Positions 21,648 through 32,354 of a DNA stretch of 64,000 nt are shown here, piece by piece. The stretch is taken from positions 64,001 to 128,000 of the forward strand of contig CAWHWX010000018.1 in NCBI GenBank assembly GCA_963833125.1, read 5' to 3'. The notes under the pieces were generated by a model, which saw only the letters and a list, made by a program, of their open reading frames with translations, searched no databases and was not told the DNA's origin. A program made the position numbers and the translations under genes. Position 1 is the first letter of the stretch; each line of letters starts with the position of its first letter. Source of the stretch: Candidatus Bathyarchaeota archaeon. Lineage in GTDB: Archaea > Thermoproteota > Bathyarchaeia > 40CM-2-53-6.

Positions 21648-23696
21648 ATGTATCCCGCTCCAAGCCAGGGCCTCGATTTGACTGAACCCCACCGTATAAC
21701 CTACGACCTCCTCCCTCCACTCACCTCCCTGATCATGTACGTGGTTCTCTCGGGGTTCGCCCTGGTCTTCCTATACGGCTTCTACCGACGTCTCCGGTTT
21801 TACTTTAGAGGTTCACTCCCACCGAAGTTTGACCACGTTCGTGAGAGGGTTTGGAGGACTATCACTAACGTCTTCGCTCAGAAGAAGGTTGCAAAGAAAC
21901 CGTATCCGGGATTAATGCATTTACTGATTTACAGCGGTATACTCGTTCTTTTCATAGGGACAACCCTTGTTATGATAGACAGCGACCTCTGGGTTCCCCT
22001 CTTCCACCATCAAATTTTAGTCGGCTACTTCTATCTCGCATTTGAATCGTTCCTCGACGCCTTCGGACTGGTCGCAATAGCGGGCCTCATAATCGCCATT
22101 TTCAGGCGCGTTTTTTCCAGACCCTCTAACCTTCCCACGTCGCGGGATGACATATTCATCTTCTCAATCCTCATAGTCATACTCTCTACGGGCTATTTGC
22201 TTGAAGGAATACGGTTAGCCGTTGATCGCCCTCCTTGGGCCCCGTGGTCGTTCATGGGCAATCAGGTTGCGCTATTTCTAACCAGCCGTGGCGTGGTTGG
22301 GCCTTGGATAGTGGGTTTCTATCAGTATTTGTGGTGGTTCCACGCTCTCCTAGCGTTCACGGCGGTCGCCAGCATTCCCTACACGAAACTCTTTCACGTC
22401 TTCACATCCCCACTAAATGCACTCTTCATTCACCTTCGCCCCAAAGGACAGCTTAGTTCGCCCTTCGATCTCAAACAGGTTCTGGCCTCGGGTAGTTTCG
22501 ATGTGAAAGTTGGGGCTTCGGCGATCACGGATTTCTCTTGGCAACAGAGGCTATCATTTGATTCGTGCACGCAATGCGGCCGATGTACGAATGCATGCCC
22601 CGCAACCGCGGCTGGGACACTCCTCTCCCCCATGCACCTGATACTCAAACTCAGAAACGTGATGTTAACGCAAAGCACCCTTGATGGAGGGAGTTCCGTC
22701 ATGCCGAACATCGTAAACCCCGAGGAACTGTGGGCATGTACAACGTGCCGAGCTTGCGTCAACGAGTGTCCAGTCCTCATCGACCACGTGGATGCGATAG
22801 TTGACATGAGAAGGCACTTGGTAAGTGAGGGAAAGCTCGACCGTCCAAAGAGGGATCTCTTAACTAATCTAGGTAATTCAGCAAATCCGTATGGGCTACC
22901 TCAATCGGATCGCATGAAGTGGGCAGAAGGTTTAGGGGTAAAGACCGCGAAGGAACAACCTGAGTTTGAAATCCTCTACTGGGTTGGATGCTCAGGGTCA
23001 TACGATCCAAGAAATCAAGCAGTATCACGGGCGATCGTGAAGATTCTTCAAGCCGCGAATATTCGTTTCGTCATTCTCGGAACCGAAGAGAAGTGCAACT
23101 GTGAAGCGGCGAGAAGGTTAGGGGAGGAAGGACGTTTCCAACAGAGCGCGATAGAGTTAGTGGAGCTCTTCAAGAAATACAATGTGAAAACGGTTCTAAC
23201 ACAATGTCCACACTGTTTCAATACATTCAACAACGAATACCCAGAGTTCGGAGCAAACCTCACAGTACTGCACCACTCACAATTCATCGAACACCTCATC
23301 AAGACTGGGAAATTGAAACTCAAACCTTCAGTCAAAGGTACAATCACCTTCCACGATCCTTGCTACCTAGGCAGGTACAATGGAGTTTTCAATTCCCCGA
23401 GGGAGGTAATCTCCTCATTGGCTCCCCAAACGACGGTGGAGATGAAACGATCCAGGGAAGGCAGTTTCTGTTGTGGGGCAGGGGGAGCGAACTTCTGGTA
23501 TAAGGTCGATCAAAAGAAGAAAGTAGGAGCGATGCGTTTCGAAGAAGCACAGGAAACGCAAGCAAACATCTTAGCCACCGCATGTCCCTTCTGCACGTCT
23601 ATGCTTGAAGACGCATCAGTTGCCGCAGGCGCCAAGGAATCCCTTACGGTGCGCGACATCGCCGAACTCGTAGCGGAGCAAATCTCAGCTACATAA
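21648..23696 (+). CDS. membrane-bound Fe-S oxidoreductase (FadF/HdrD-like, ETF-associated)
   Basis: N-terminal TM helices, CTQCGRCTNACP and CTTCRACVNECP, and two CCG domains (HDPCYLGR, SFCCGAGG). Confidence 0.88.
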   Translation: MYPAPSQGLDLTEPHRITYDLLPPLTSLIMYVVLSGFALVFLYGFYRRLRFYFRGSLPPKFDHVRERVWRTITNVFAQKKVAKKPYPGLMHLLIYSGILVLFIGTTLVMIDSDLWVPLFHHQILVGYFYLAFESFLDAFGLVAIAGLIIAIFRRVFSRPSNLPTSRDDIFIFSILIVILSTGYLLEGIRLAVDRPPWAPWSFMGNQVALFLTSRGVVGPWIVGFYQYLWWFHALLAFTAVASIPYTKLFHVFTSPLNALFIHLRPKGQLSSPFDLKQVLASGSFDVKVGASAITDFSWQQRLSFDSCTQCGRCTNACPATAAGTLLSPMHLILKLRNVMLTQSTLDGGSSVMPNIVNPEELWACTTCRACVNECPVLIDHVDAIVDMRRHLVSEGKLDRPKRDLLTNLGNSANPYGLPQSDRMKWAEGLGVKTAKEQPEFEILYWVGCSGSYDPRNQAVSRAIVKILQAANIRFVILGTEEKCNCEAARRLGEEGRFQQSAIELVELFKKYNVKTVLTQCPHCFNTFNNEYPEFGANLTVLHHSQFIEHLIKTGKLKLKPSVKGTITFHDPCYLGRYNGVFNSPREVISSLAPQTTVEMKRSREGSFCCGAGGANFWYKVDQKKKVGAMRFEEAQETQANILATACPFCTSMLEDASVAAGAKESLTVRDIAELVAEQISAT

Positions 23697-23744
23697 CGTA
23701 TTAATTCGATGATGCGCTGAAGCCCTCAATCCGTGTGATCGACG

Positions 23745-24539
23745 ATGGTAAAGATCCTAGTTCTCATGAAGCAAGTCTATCAAACGGCCGACCTGAAAGT
23801 CGACCGAAGCACTAAGACCATCGTAACCCAAGGAGTTCCTCGAGTCATTAGCGAGGTCGACAAGAATGCCCTGGAAGAGGCGGTGAGGATCAAAGAGAAG
23901 CATGGAGGCAAAATCATAGCGATAACCCTCGGCCCACCCGAAGCAAAAGAGGCGCTAAGAGAGGCATTAGCAATGGGAGCAGACGAAGCCTGCTTGCTCA
24001 CAGACCCGCTCTTTGAGGGGTCAGATGCTCACGCAACCGCGAACGTCTTAGCCGCGGCGGTTACAAGGATTCTCGAATACGATTTAGTACTCTGCGGTGC
24101 ATATTCAGAGGACCTATTCGCTTTCCAAGTCGGCCCACGACTCGCGGAAATGTGCAATTTGCCGCAGATAACCTATGCCACCAAACTGACTTTAGAGGGT
24201 GACCGCGTGACAGTAGAGAGGGACCTTGAGAATGAGAGGCAGGTAGTAGAAGCTAAGCTCCCATGTTTGGTTAGCGTAGTCAGGGAGATCAATGAGCCAC
24301 GACTTCCAACCCTTATGGCAATCATGGCGGCGTCAAAGAAACCCACAAACATTTGGGCCGCACCCGACCTTGCCCTAGGACCGGAAGAGCTTGGATTCGA
24401 CGGGTCGTTGATCGATATCGTCAGAAGCTCGGTCACCGTCGGCGAAAGGAAACGAATCGTGCTACAAGGTGAAGCCCGAGAGATAGCTCCGAAAGTTGCC
24501 AAGGCCTTAATCCAGGAAGGCGTTCTGAAGGCAGCCTGA
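23745..24539 (+). CDS. etfB: electron transfer flavoprotein beta subunit
   Basis: DKNALEEAVRIKE, ALAMGAD, INEPRLPTL. Confidence 0.92.
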   Translation: MVKILVLMKQVYQTADLKVDRSTKTIVTQGVPRVISEVDKNALEEAVRIKEKHGGKIIAITLGPPEAKEALREALAMGADEACLLTDPLFEGSDAHATANVLAAAVTRILEYDLVLCGAYSEDLFAFQVGPRLAEMCNLPQITYATKLTLEGDRVTVERDLENERQVVEAKLPCLVSVVREINEPRLPTLMAIMAASKKPTNIWAAPDLALGPEELGFDGSLIDIVRSSVTVGERKRIVLQGEAREIAPKVAKALIQEGVLKAA

Positions 24540-24541
24540 TT

Positions 24542-25515
24542 ATGTCCCAAGAGAACAAAGGCGTTTGGGTATTCTCCGAATCACCACAATTGGCACTGGA
24601 GTTGCTGGGTAAAGCTAGGAGCCTTGCCGATAGCCTTGGCACCGAGGTAGTCGCCGTCACATCGGCGGAGGATGGGAACAAGTTAATTCAAAGTGGCGCC
24701 GACAAGGTTCTGATGATGTCCAACCCGCTGTTGAGTTCGTTCCAAGTAGACACTTATACCGATGCCTTCGAAAATCTCGTAACAGAGCAGAAACCGGACA
24801 TTCTTCTAATCGGAGCGACCCGAAACGGGTTAGAGTTCGCTCCCCGCCTAGCCGAACGACTAAAGACGGGCTGCGTAACCGAAGCAACCAGACTCGAACT
24901 AGACGCAGAAAAGAAGTATCTTCTCATGGACAGGGTCACGTGGGGCGGCAATTTAGTTGAGACTCATATATCAAAAACCAAACCACAAATCGCAACCGTC
25001 GCTAAAGGACTCTTCTCCCCTAACCCTTCAGACGCAGACGCGAACAGGAGAAATTGTCAAGGTTGAACCAAAAATTAAACCCCCGAGCACCAAGATAATC
25101 GAAACGAAACCAAAGCCTATGAAAGGTGTGAAGTTGAGTGACGCCCCGGTCATCGTCTCCTTCGGACGCGGCGTAAAGAAGAAGGAAGATATGGGATTAG
25201 TCGAGCAGTTCGCCAAAACTGTAGGGGGCGTAGTCGCCTGTTCTAGACCTATTGCGGAAGATCTGCGTTGGATGCCGGAGGATCAATATGTGGGCCTCTC
25301 CGGTCAGAAGGTAAGTCCGAAGTTATACTTCGCAGTTAGGAATATCGGGGCAAATTCAGCACTTAACGGGAATCAGAAACAGCAGAATCATAGTCGCAGT
25401 AAACAACGACCCTAAGGCACCCATCTTTGAGTTCAGCGACTACAACATCATAGCCGACCTGTACGAATTCATACCCGCTCTAATGGATGCTGTGAAGCAG
25501 TTAGGGAAGACCTGA
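24542..25515 (+). CDS. etfA: electron transfer flavoprotein alpha subunit (frameshifts near 25035 and 25337)
   Basis: VSFGRG, VGLSGQKVSPKLY, then in a shifted frame GISGQIQHLTGI...VNNDPKAPIF ending at TGA 25515. Confidence 0.88.
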
Positions 25516-25529
25516 ACAAGTTCGTGATA

Positions 25530-25742
25530 TTACCAGGGTCTCTCTACCGGATAGGCACTTTTCTTTCTCGGAGGAATCAACCCGAGGCATGTCCCCTTAT
25601 GATAGGAAATCATCGAAACGCTGTGAATACCGAACTTTCTTTGAATTTCACGATAGGGCACACCGTTCATAATCATCCTGTCGAGCTGTTTCCGCGCCTT
25701 ATGCTTACAAAGCTTGCAACTAATCTCTACCACATACTCCAA
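25530..25742 (-). CDS. small putative Zn-binding HTH protein
   Basis: CKLCKH...GVPYREIQRKFG...YHKGTC. Confidence 0.5.
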   Translation of the reverse strand: MEYVVEISCKLCKHKARKQLDRMIMNGVPYREIQRKFGIHSVSMISYHKGTCLGLIPPRKKSAYPVERPW

Positions 25743-25856
25743 ACAATGGCCTCGTTGTGAGAGGCGTACTGCGTACCGCGTAGTTTCAGAAACTACAAAT
25801 TATTAACGTTAACTGCAAATCTCTCCGATGCGGCAATGGTTTGCTCTGTCATCATG

Positions 25857-27089
25857 CTAAGTGCGTATCAACGATGGAACCGACAGAATGGACGCGGATA
25901 GAAGTGTAATAAACAGTCGTGGGTCACGTGCTAGGTTGAGTAATGTGCGACCTTGGAAGTCGATGTCCGACGTCTTATTCAGAATATCGTCGGCGCCTAA
26001 TTCTTGAGCTATGCTAAAAATTCGGTTAAGGTTGCGATCAGGCAACCGATAGAGGAGTCGCCTTAGCCAAGACATCGCCCATAAGTCAAAACCGAACATT
26101 CTGCGCCAGAGGGTTTCATACTCTTCCAGGTGCGACGCGGAAAATTCTTGGTCACGTACAGCTTTTGCGGCGGTTTCGCCTGCAATTCGACCGCATGCCA
26201 AGCCAAAGACTATACCGCCGCCAGTTGTTGGTTTGACCTGCGATGCTGCGTCTCCAACTGCGAGGATATTATCTGCGTAAGTACGATTTACTGCTCCCCC
26301 TACCGGAATCGGATGATAACTTGGAGGAGTGATTGATTTCGAATGCTTTAGCTTAGCCGAGACTATAGGATGTTTGCCTATGAAACGTTCGAAACATTGC
26401 CGAACGTTAGCTCGAGCACCGGCGGCGATGCCAACTTTTGCTGTTCCGTCATGGCGAGGGATTATCCACCCAAAGAACCCCGGAGCAAATCCTTGACCGA
26501 AGTAGACTTCAACAAAGTCCTCATCAACGTCTACCAGATTTTCAACGCTGAACTGAGCGGAGTTCACCACGATTCCCCTCCCAAGGTTCGTAAAGCCAGC
26601 GTACCTTGAAACAGAGGCTCCACATCCGCTCGCATCGATTAGCACTTTGCAGGTTATGTTCTGTTCTTTGTTACCACCAATTTTCAGCAGGATTTCTCCA
26701 TCGTCTAGGCGTTTGTAGCTTTCAACGCGGGAACTCAGATGCAGTGCAGCCCCGTTCGTCTTCGCTAGATCGGCGAGGTATCGATCGTAGGCTGCTCGAT
26801 TGAGAACCCAGGTTACTGGTTTCGCGCGGTGGAGCGTAAGCGGCATACCCCCAGGCGAGTGCAGGACGGCTCCTTTGATCTCGTTCTCAATGATTCGCCT
26901 TGGCACTTCGGGGCTAAATTGCTTGAAGGCGAGGATTCCAACGTGCCCTGAGCAGTGGGACGGCGTTCCAACCTGCGAATGATCCTCGAGTATAGAGACA
27001 GAAACATTCCTCTTGGCGACTGCTAACGCCGCAGTGGCACCGCTAACTCCGCATCCAACGATGGCAACGTCGGTTGAACTGTGGGGCAA
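25857..27089 (-). CDS. geranylgeranyl reductase family FAD oxidoreductase
   Basis: VAIVGCGVSG, LNRAAYD, APGFFGWIIP, VGDAASQVKPTTGGGI. Confidence 0.88.
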   Translation of the reverse strand: MPHSSTDVAIVGCGVSGATAALAVAKRNVSVSILEDHSQVGTPSHCSGHVGILAFKQFSPEVPRRIIENEIKGAVLHSPGGMPLTLHRAKPVTWVLNRAAYDRYLADLAKTNGAALHLSSRVESYKRLDDGEILLKIGGNKEQNITCKVLIDASGCGASVSRYAGFTNLGRGIVVNSAQFSVENLVDVDEDFVEVYFGQGFAPGFFGWIIPRHDGTAKVGIAAGARANVRQCFERFIGKHPIVSAKLKHSKSITPPSYHPIPVGGAVNRTYADNILAVGDAASQVKPTTGGGIVFGLACGRIAGETAAKAVRDQEFSASHLEEYETLWRRMFGFDLWAMSWLRRLLYRLPDRNLNRIFSIAQELGADDILNKTSDIDFQGRTLLNLARDPRLFITLLSASILSVPSLIRT

Positions 27090-27157
27090 AGCCTTGTTTT
27101 CTCGACTGCCTAGTTTGAAACAAGCACAGATTTCGTGAAGCTATGGATACTGGTTAT

Positions 27158-27397
27158 CTATCTAATGGTTCGTTGTTCGGCAATTTCGACTCGGCGCTTG
27201 CCTTTCATTTGGCGTGAAACCCTAACTAAGCCGTTAACCTCCAGCTTCAAGAGAATTCGGTTCAACTCGCGAAAACTAAGGTCCTCCTTGCCATTTCGAA
27301 TCTCCCGGAGCAACTCGTCATCTGTTAGTGGTCCCTTTCGTCCTATGAGATCCAGGACGAAAAGGTGGAGGGGACGGGGCCCCCACACTTTCTCCAA
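27158..27397 (-). CDS. small winged-helix protein downstream of cdc48
   Basis: LSFRELNRILLKLEVNGLVRV wHTH pattern. Confidence 0.7.
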   Translation of the reverse strand: MEKVWGPRPLHLFVLDLIGRKGPLTDDELLREIRNGKEDLSFRELNRILLKLEVNGLVRVSRQMKGKRRVEIAEQRTIR

Positions 27398-27420
27398 TCG
27401 AATTGACTCCTTGAATGGGA

Positions 27421-29607
27421 CTATGCTACCGGGGTTGGGGCAGTTGCTCGCTCTCTTCTGAGTCGTCTGGAGAATTTCTGATAAAACGCATCATCCTCTG
27501 CGGCTACGCTTGGGCCTACCCTTTCCATGGCCATGTTGAAGTCGCGTCTTGAGACTTCGGTTGAATTGATGTCATCCCGCAGGGCTGTTATCGCAGCTTC
27601 TCTGCAGACGGCTTCGATGTCGGCGCCGGAATATCCCTGAGCCTTTCTGGCTAAATCCTCCAGGTCAACGTCCGCCGAGAGCGGCATTCCGGTTGAGTGT
27701 ATTTTGAAGATTTCTTTCAATGAGTCCAAGTCTGGGGACGGTACGTAGATCAGCCTGTCAAACCTGCCTGGTCTCAATACGGCTGGGTCGAGCATATCGG
27801 GTCGATTCGATGCCGCTATGACGAGTACGTTTTGAAGGCTCTCGATTCCGTCTATCTCTGTCAAGAGCTGGCTGATCACGTGTTCGCTAGCTCCCGAGTC
27901 AGCGTACCCCAGACCTCGCCTTGGCACTATAGCGTCAAGTTCATCGAAGAATATTATCGCCGGGGCCGCAGTTCTTCCTTTTCTGAATACCTCCCGAATC
28001 GCCTTCTCGGATTCTCCAACCCATTTGGAGAATATTTCGGGTCCTTTTATCGAAATGAAGTTGGCTTCGCTCTCCGTGGCCACTGCCCTAGCGAGTAGTG
28101 TCTTTCCGCATCCCGGTGGTCCATAGAGGAGCACGCCTCGCGGCGGTTTAATGCCCATCTTCTGGAAGACTTCTGGTTTCTTGAGAGGCCACTCGACTGA
28201 TTCCATGAGTTCCTGCTTTACAATTTTCAGTCCGCCGACTTCATTCCAATGCACTTGTGGAACTTCAACGTAGACCTCTCTCATTGCCGTCGGAGTGATC
28301 TCACGGTAGGCAGAGAGGAAGTCATCCATCTTAACCATCATCTTCTCCAGGATTTCGGGCGGGATTCTTTCTTCCTCGAGGTTGATTTCAGGGATGTACC
28401 TTCTCAGTGCTTTCATGGCTGCTTCTCGGCAGAGGGAGGCGATGTCGGCGCCTGTGTAGCCGTGGGTTACCTCGGACAATCGTTTCAAGTCCATGTCCTC
28501 GGCTAGTGGCATGTTTCTAGTATGGATTTGTAGTACTTCGAATCGTCCTGCTTTGTCTGGTACGCCGATCTCTACTTCCCTGTCAAACCTTCCTGGCCTT
28601 CGAAGAGCAGGGTCGATTGCGTTTGGTCGGTTTGTTGCTCCGATGACTATGATGTTTCCTCGTGAGCCCATTCCGTCCATGAGGGAAAGGAGTTGAGCCA
28701 CGACGCGGCGTTCGACTTCACCGGTGACCTCTTCCCGCTTGGGCGCAATGGCGTCCATTTCGTCGATAAAGATGATGCTCGGGGAAGTTTCTTGGGCTTT
28801 TTGAAATATCTCACGCAGCCTAGCCTCTGATTCCCCATAGAATTTGGACATTATCTCCGGTCCCGAGATAACGTAAAAGTTTGCGTCGGACTCATTGGCG
28901 ACAGCCTTGGCGAGCAAGGTCTTACCACAACCAGGGGGACCATAGAGGAATACTCCTCTGGGGGGTTCGATGCCTAACCTTTGAAAGAGTTCAGGGTGTC
29001 TTAATGGCAACTCAACCATTTCACGGATCCGTTGAATCTCCTCGTGGAGCCCTCCAATGTCCTCGTATGTTACGATCGGGATGCCTTTCTTTTCGGGTGT
29101 CGGTTCGCTGAGCACCTGTACGTGCGCGGTTTCGTTTATCTTGACAGGGCCATGCGGTCTCGTTCGAGTAACGATAAGTGGGACGGCGCTTCCAAAAATC
29201 GATAGGAGAGTCATATCTCCTTCGATGAAAGGCATGTCCATGAATCTTCGTTTAACGAAGCTAACAAATTCCTCATCCACACTCAGTCTCACATCTGTGG
29301 GAGCGAAGACTATCGCTTGCGCGTCCTTTACTTCCGCCTTCCTTACGCTTACGTACTCGTTAAGTGCGACGCCGGCGTTTCTACGGATGAGTCCGTCCAT
29401 CCTTATGATTTCCTGACCCTGGTCTTCAGCGTAGGCGGGCCAAGCCACGGCAACCGTCATTTTCTTGCCATGAATCTCGACGAAGTCACCTGCCGTTATT
29501 CCAAGCTTCTGCATAGTATCGTTATCTATTCGGACCTTACCGTGCCCAACGTCCCGTTGCCTAGCATCTGCAACTCTGAGGGAAGATTCGCGGCTACTCA
29601 TTGTCAT
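27421..29607 (-). CDS. cdc48: CDC48/VAT AAA+ ATPase
   Basis: N domain plus two AAA modules (GPPGCGKT twice, IIFIDE, IIFFDE, RPGRFDR twice). Confidence 0.97.
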   Translation of the reverse strand: MTMSSRESSLRVADARQRDVGHGKVRIDNDTMQKLGITAGDFVEIHGKKMTVAVAWPAYAEDQGQEIIRMDGLIRRNAGVALNEYVSVRKAEVKDAQAIVFAPTDVRLSVDEEFVSFVKRRFMDMPFIEGDMTLLSIFGSAVPLIVTRTRPHGPVKINETAHVQVLSEPTPEKKGIPIVTYEDIGGLHEEIQRIREMVELPLRHPELFQRLGIEPPRGVFLYGPPGCGKTLLAKAVANESDANFYVISGPEIMSKFYGESEARLREIFQKAQETSPSIIFIDEMDAIAPKREEVTGEVERRVVAQLLSLMDGMGSRGNIIVIGATNRPNAIDPALRRPGRFDREVEIGVPDKAGRFEVLQIHTRNMPLAEDMDLKRLSEVTHGYTGADIASLCREAAMKALRRYIPEINLEEERIPPEILEKMMVKMDDFLSAYREITPTAMREVYVEVPQVHWNEVGGLKIVKQELMESVEWPLKKPEVFQKMGIKPPRGVLLYGPPGCGKTLLARAVATESEANFISIKGPEIFSKWVGESEKAIREVFRKGRTAAPAIIFFDELDAIVPRRGLGYADSGASEHVISQLLTEIDGIESLQNVLVIAASNRPDMLDPAVLRPGRFDRLIYVPSPDLDSLKEIFKIHSTGMPLSADVDLEDLARKAQGYSGADIEAVCREAAITALRDDINSTEVSRRDFNMAMERVGPSVAAEDDAFYQKFSRRLRRERATAPTPVA

Positions 29608-29801
29608 TCTCTCGAATGGTGATTTCGTCTTGAGTTGTTTTGACCGTCAATCGTGCTATTAAAGTTCCTTTCGGGTTCCGTGCGCTCAGTTCTCTTTCGG
29701 TTTCGGCCCAGAACCCCGCGGTCAAATAGTGCCATGCTTGTGTCAGCTCGGATTTTGTTACTTTAGGTAACACGTTCGCATTTAAATGTTACCGAACGTA
29801 A

Positions 29802-30071
29802 CTAAACTCGGCCGACCCTTAGGACCTCGATCTGACTCACTTGGTCGACGCCCCGAATGGCTTCCTCAACGCCGTCCATTTGGCCGGCTGCATCTTCGGG
29901 CAGAACAACATGTGCTATGAGGGCAACAAGGCCGAACGCCACTGGTTCTTCGTCAAATCGCTGCACCGTAGAACCGGCCGGAAGTGAAGATTGAATCTTA
30001 GATTTCAAGGCGTTCAGATCGATGTTCGCGTCGCTCGGAAATATCTTGATGGACGCCAGAACTCTCGCCAA
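29802..30071 (-). CDS. ef1b: translation elongation factor aEF-1beta
   Basis: TTG start MARVLASIKIFP and EEPVAFGLVAL motif. Confidence 0.92.
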   Translation of the reverse strand: MARVLASIKIFPSDANIDLNALKSKIQSSLPAGSTVQRFDEEPVAFGLVALIAHVVLPEDAAGQMDGVEEAIRGVDQVSQIEVLRVGRV

Positions 30072-30094
30072 AGTCTTACACTCTGATCGAATTC

Positions 30095-30292
30095 TCAGGG
30101 CCCCGTGTAGCCACACTTCAAGCAGCGATAAGGTCTGCCGAACATTCTACACTTCTCACAACGCCAAATCGTTACTTCGCCGCAACTCGGGCACGGAAAT
30201 TTCACCGCTCCTTCTCCTGGCAGAATCGTTCGCGCGCACCAAGTACAGGTAGGCATACGGATGATTTTCTCAGTAGTTGTCGTTGTACTCAT
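30095..30292 (-). CDS. zinc-finger protein (DUF1610/HVO_2753-like)
   Basis: CTWC...FPCPSCG...RCEKCR...YRCLKCGYTGP; usual position upstream of ef1b. Confidence 0.88.
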   Translation of the reverse strand: MSTTTTTEKIIRMPTCTWCARTILPGEGAVKFPCPSCGEVTIWRCEKCRMFGRPYRCLKCGYTGP

Positions 30293-30519
30293 TCGTATGC
30301 TCCTCGCGGGTTCTCTCAGCCAAGTCTCTGGAGGTTATAAATTGATTGCTAATTCCATCGATGGCATCCTTTCCTTAGGCCGATCGCCATCGACCGACAA
30401 ATTCAAACAGTGGTCTGCAAATCCTCTCATAGCGAACTGCCGCCTTGAACGGTGGGAGAGTAGCTTTGGTCAAGATAGATTCTATTTGCGATCTGGACAG
30501 GTTCAGACGGTTCATGATA

Positions 30520-30912
30520 ATGAGTACATGTCAATCCTATATCCCACCTGAACTCGACGAAGATGAGACCATCTACCCCGAAAGGTCCTCAGAGAACGGC
30601 ACAATGTACGTTGAGGCGGAGGATAAAGAGACCGTCCATCAAGCACGCGACCTTAGGTTCGCGAGAGTTTCAAACGTTCTTGGAATAATATACAACTCGA
30701 AAAGTGGTCGTACCCAGCTGAAGTGGCGCCACATGAAAGGGAGAGTAGGGAGACTAAGTGGTGAAGCTAGTCCAAACACATTGGTCAACTTATTTGCATC
30801 AGGGGCGCTACCTGAATCCTACGCTATCGCCGGCCGTGAACCTGTAGCTGAGGCTGCCCAACCAAACGAGCAACCCCCCGATTCGATAAATGAGGCCTTC
30901 GCTGACACCTAA
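30520..30912 (+). CDS. hypothetical protein
   Basis: 130-codon ORF with globular-looking composition; no family recognised. Confidence 0.6.
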   Translation: MSTCQSYIPPELDEDETIYPERSSENGTMYVEAEDKETVHQARDLRFARVSNVLGIIYNSKSGRTQLKWRHMKGRVGRLSGEASPNTLVNLFASGALPESYAIAGREPVAEAAQPNEQPPDSINEAFADT

Positions 30913-31028
30913 TATTATGCCATGCCGCTGTTCCACGCCATTCAAGCATTCTCCGGGATTTGCGTCGTCAGAGTCTAAAGTTGTAATCTAGATCAAACGA
31001 GGCGTATTCAATCGTAGTCGACCGAACC

Positions 31029-31172
31029 ATGCGCCTTGAATCGGAAGCTCGCAAGGAAGGTTTGTTAGAACAACGTTACACGCACGGCAAGTGGAATATA
31101 ATAAAAATCTTCGTAAAAGGCGAGCTTCGCGAGATAATCGTGAACCACAGGGAAGAGTACTCAACGAACTAA
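31029..31172 (+). CDS. putative 47-aa small protein (not in the ORF track)
   Basis: ATG-initiated MRLESEARKEGLLEQRYTHGKWNIIKIFVKGELREIIVNHREEYSTN fills the gap before fen. Confidence 0.4.
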   Translation: MRLESEARKEGLLEQRYTHGKWNIIKIFVKGELREIIVNHREEYSTN

Positions 31173-31253
31173 ACACGTCTAGCGTATAGGCGCGTACGTT
31201 AGACAAGTTTTGTAATGACGGTCAACAACCTGAACCCGGAGTCGCAAGCGAGC

Positions 31254-32285
31254 TTGGGCGTTGACCTAGCTGATATCATACCAGAACAAGTAGTCACCCT
31301 CGACAGCCTCTCGAACAGAACTCTGGCAGTGGACGCTTACAACGCGCTGTACCAGTTTCTAGCGATCATTAGACAACCAGACGGCACACCCCTTCAGGAT
31401 AGACGCGGAAGAGTAACAAGCCATCTGAGCGGTTTATTGTACAGAACCACGAACCTGGCGGAGAAAGGGATCAAACTTGCTTTCGTTTTCGACGGTAAAC
31501 CACCTGAAATGAAGGCAATGGAGATTCGCAGGCGCCGCCGAGTCAAGGAAGAGGCGATGACCCACTATGAGACAGCTCTCAAGGAGGGAAAACTTGAGGA
31601 AGCTCGAACATACCCGCAAGCCACCTCATCGCTGAAGGATTTGATGGTGGAAGATGCCAAGAAGCTTCTTGACGCTTTGGGCGTTGCTTGGGTACAGGCA
31701 CCATCAGAAGGCGAGGCCCAAGCCGCATTCATAGCGGCACGTGGAGAAGTTTGGGGAGTAGCTTCTCAAGACCATGACTCATTGCTATTCGGCGCGCCGA
31801 GAATGGTCAAGAATCTTGCAATTACCGGGCGCAGGAAACTGCCGCGCCGGGACGCCTATGTTGAGGTCGAACCAAAGGTTATCGAATTAGTCCGAGTTCT
31901 CGATTCATTGTCATTGACTAGGGAGCAGTTAATTGATGTGGGGATATTGATTGGGACGGATTTCAACCCTGATGGGACTAAGGGGATAGGTCCCAAGACA
32001 GCGGTAAAACTGATTCGTGAGCATGGTAACATTGAGAACCTGAAGACGGCTGATCCCACGATCACAGTTCCTACCGATGCTGCCAGTATCAGGCGGATCT
32101 TCCTCGACCCGCCGGTAACCACCAGCTATACACTCAAATGGTCCCCGCTCGACGAACAGAAAGTCGTCGACTTCCTGTGCAAAGAGCGTGACTTTTCCGA
32201 AGACCGTGTGCGCAAGGCAGTATCAAAGATGATCGTATCCCAAGCTTCTTCCTCTAAGAAGAGTACACTCGAATCCTACTTCTGA
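31254..32285 (+). CDS. fen: flap endonuclease 1
   Basis: MGVDL start, AVDAYNALYQFL, FVFDG, APSEGEAQAA, GTDFN and C-terminal PIP-like STLESYF. Confidence 0.96.
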   Translation: MGVDLADIIPEQVVTLDSLSNRTLAVDAYNALYQFLAIIRQPDGTPLQDRRGRVTSHLSGLLYRTTNLAEKGIKLAFVFDGKPPEMKAMEIRRRRRVKEEAMTHYETALKEGKLEEARTYPQATSSLKDLMVEDAKKLLDALGVAWVQAPSEGEAQAAFIAARGEVWGVASQDHDSLLFGAPRMVKNLAITGRRKLPRRDAYVEVEPKVIELVRVLDSLSLTREQLIDVGILIGTDFNPDGTKGIGPKTAVKLIREHGNIENLKTADPTITVPTDAASIRRIFLDPPVTTSYTLKWSPLDEQKVVDFLCKERDFSEDRVRKAVSKMIVSQASSSKKSTLESYF

Positions 32286-32354
32286 CAGGTCCAAACGGTC
32301 TTCGTTAGGGAGTTGATGATGCAGTTGCCAAGTCAGGGCTTTCAAATTGCATCA

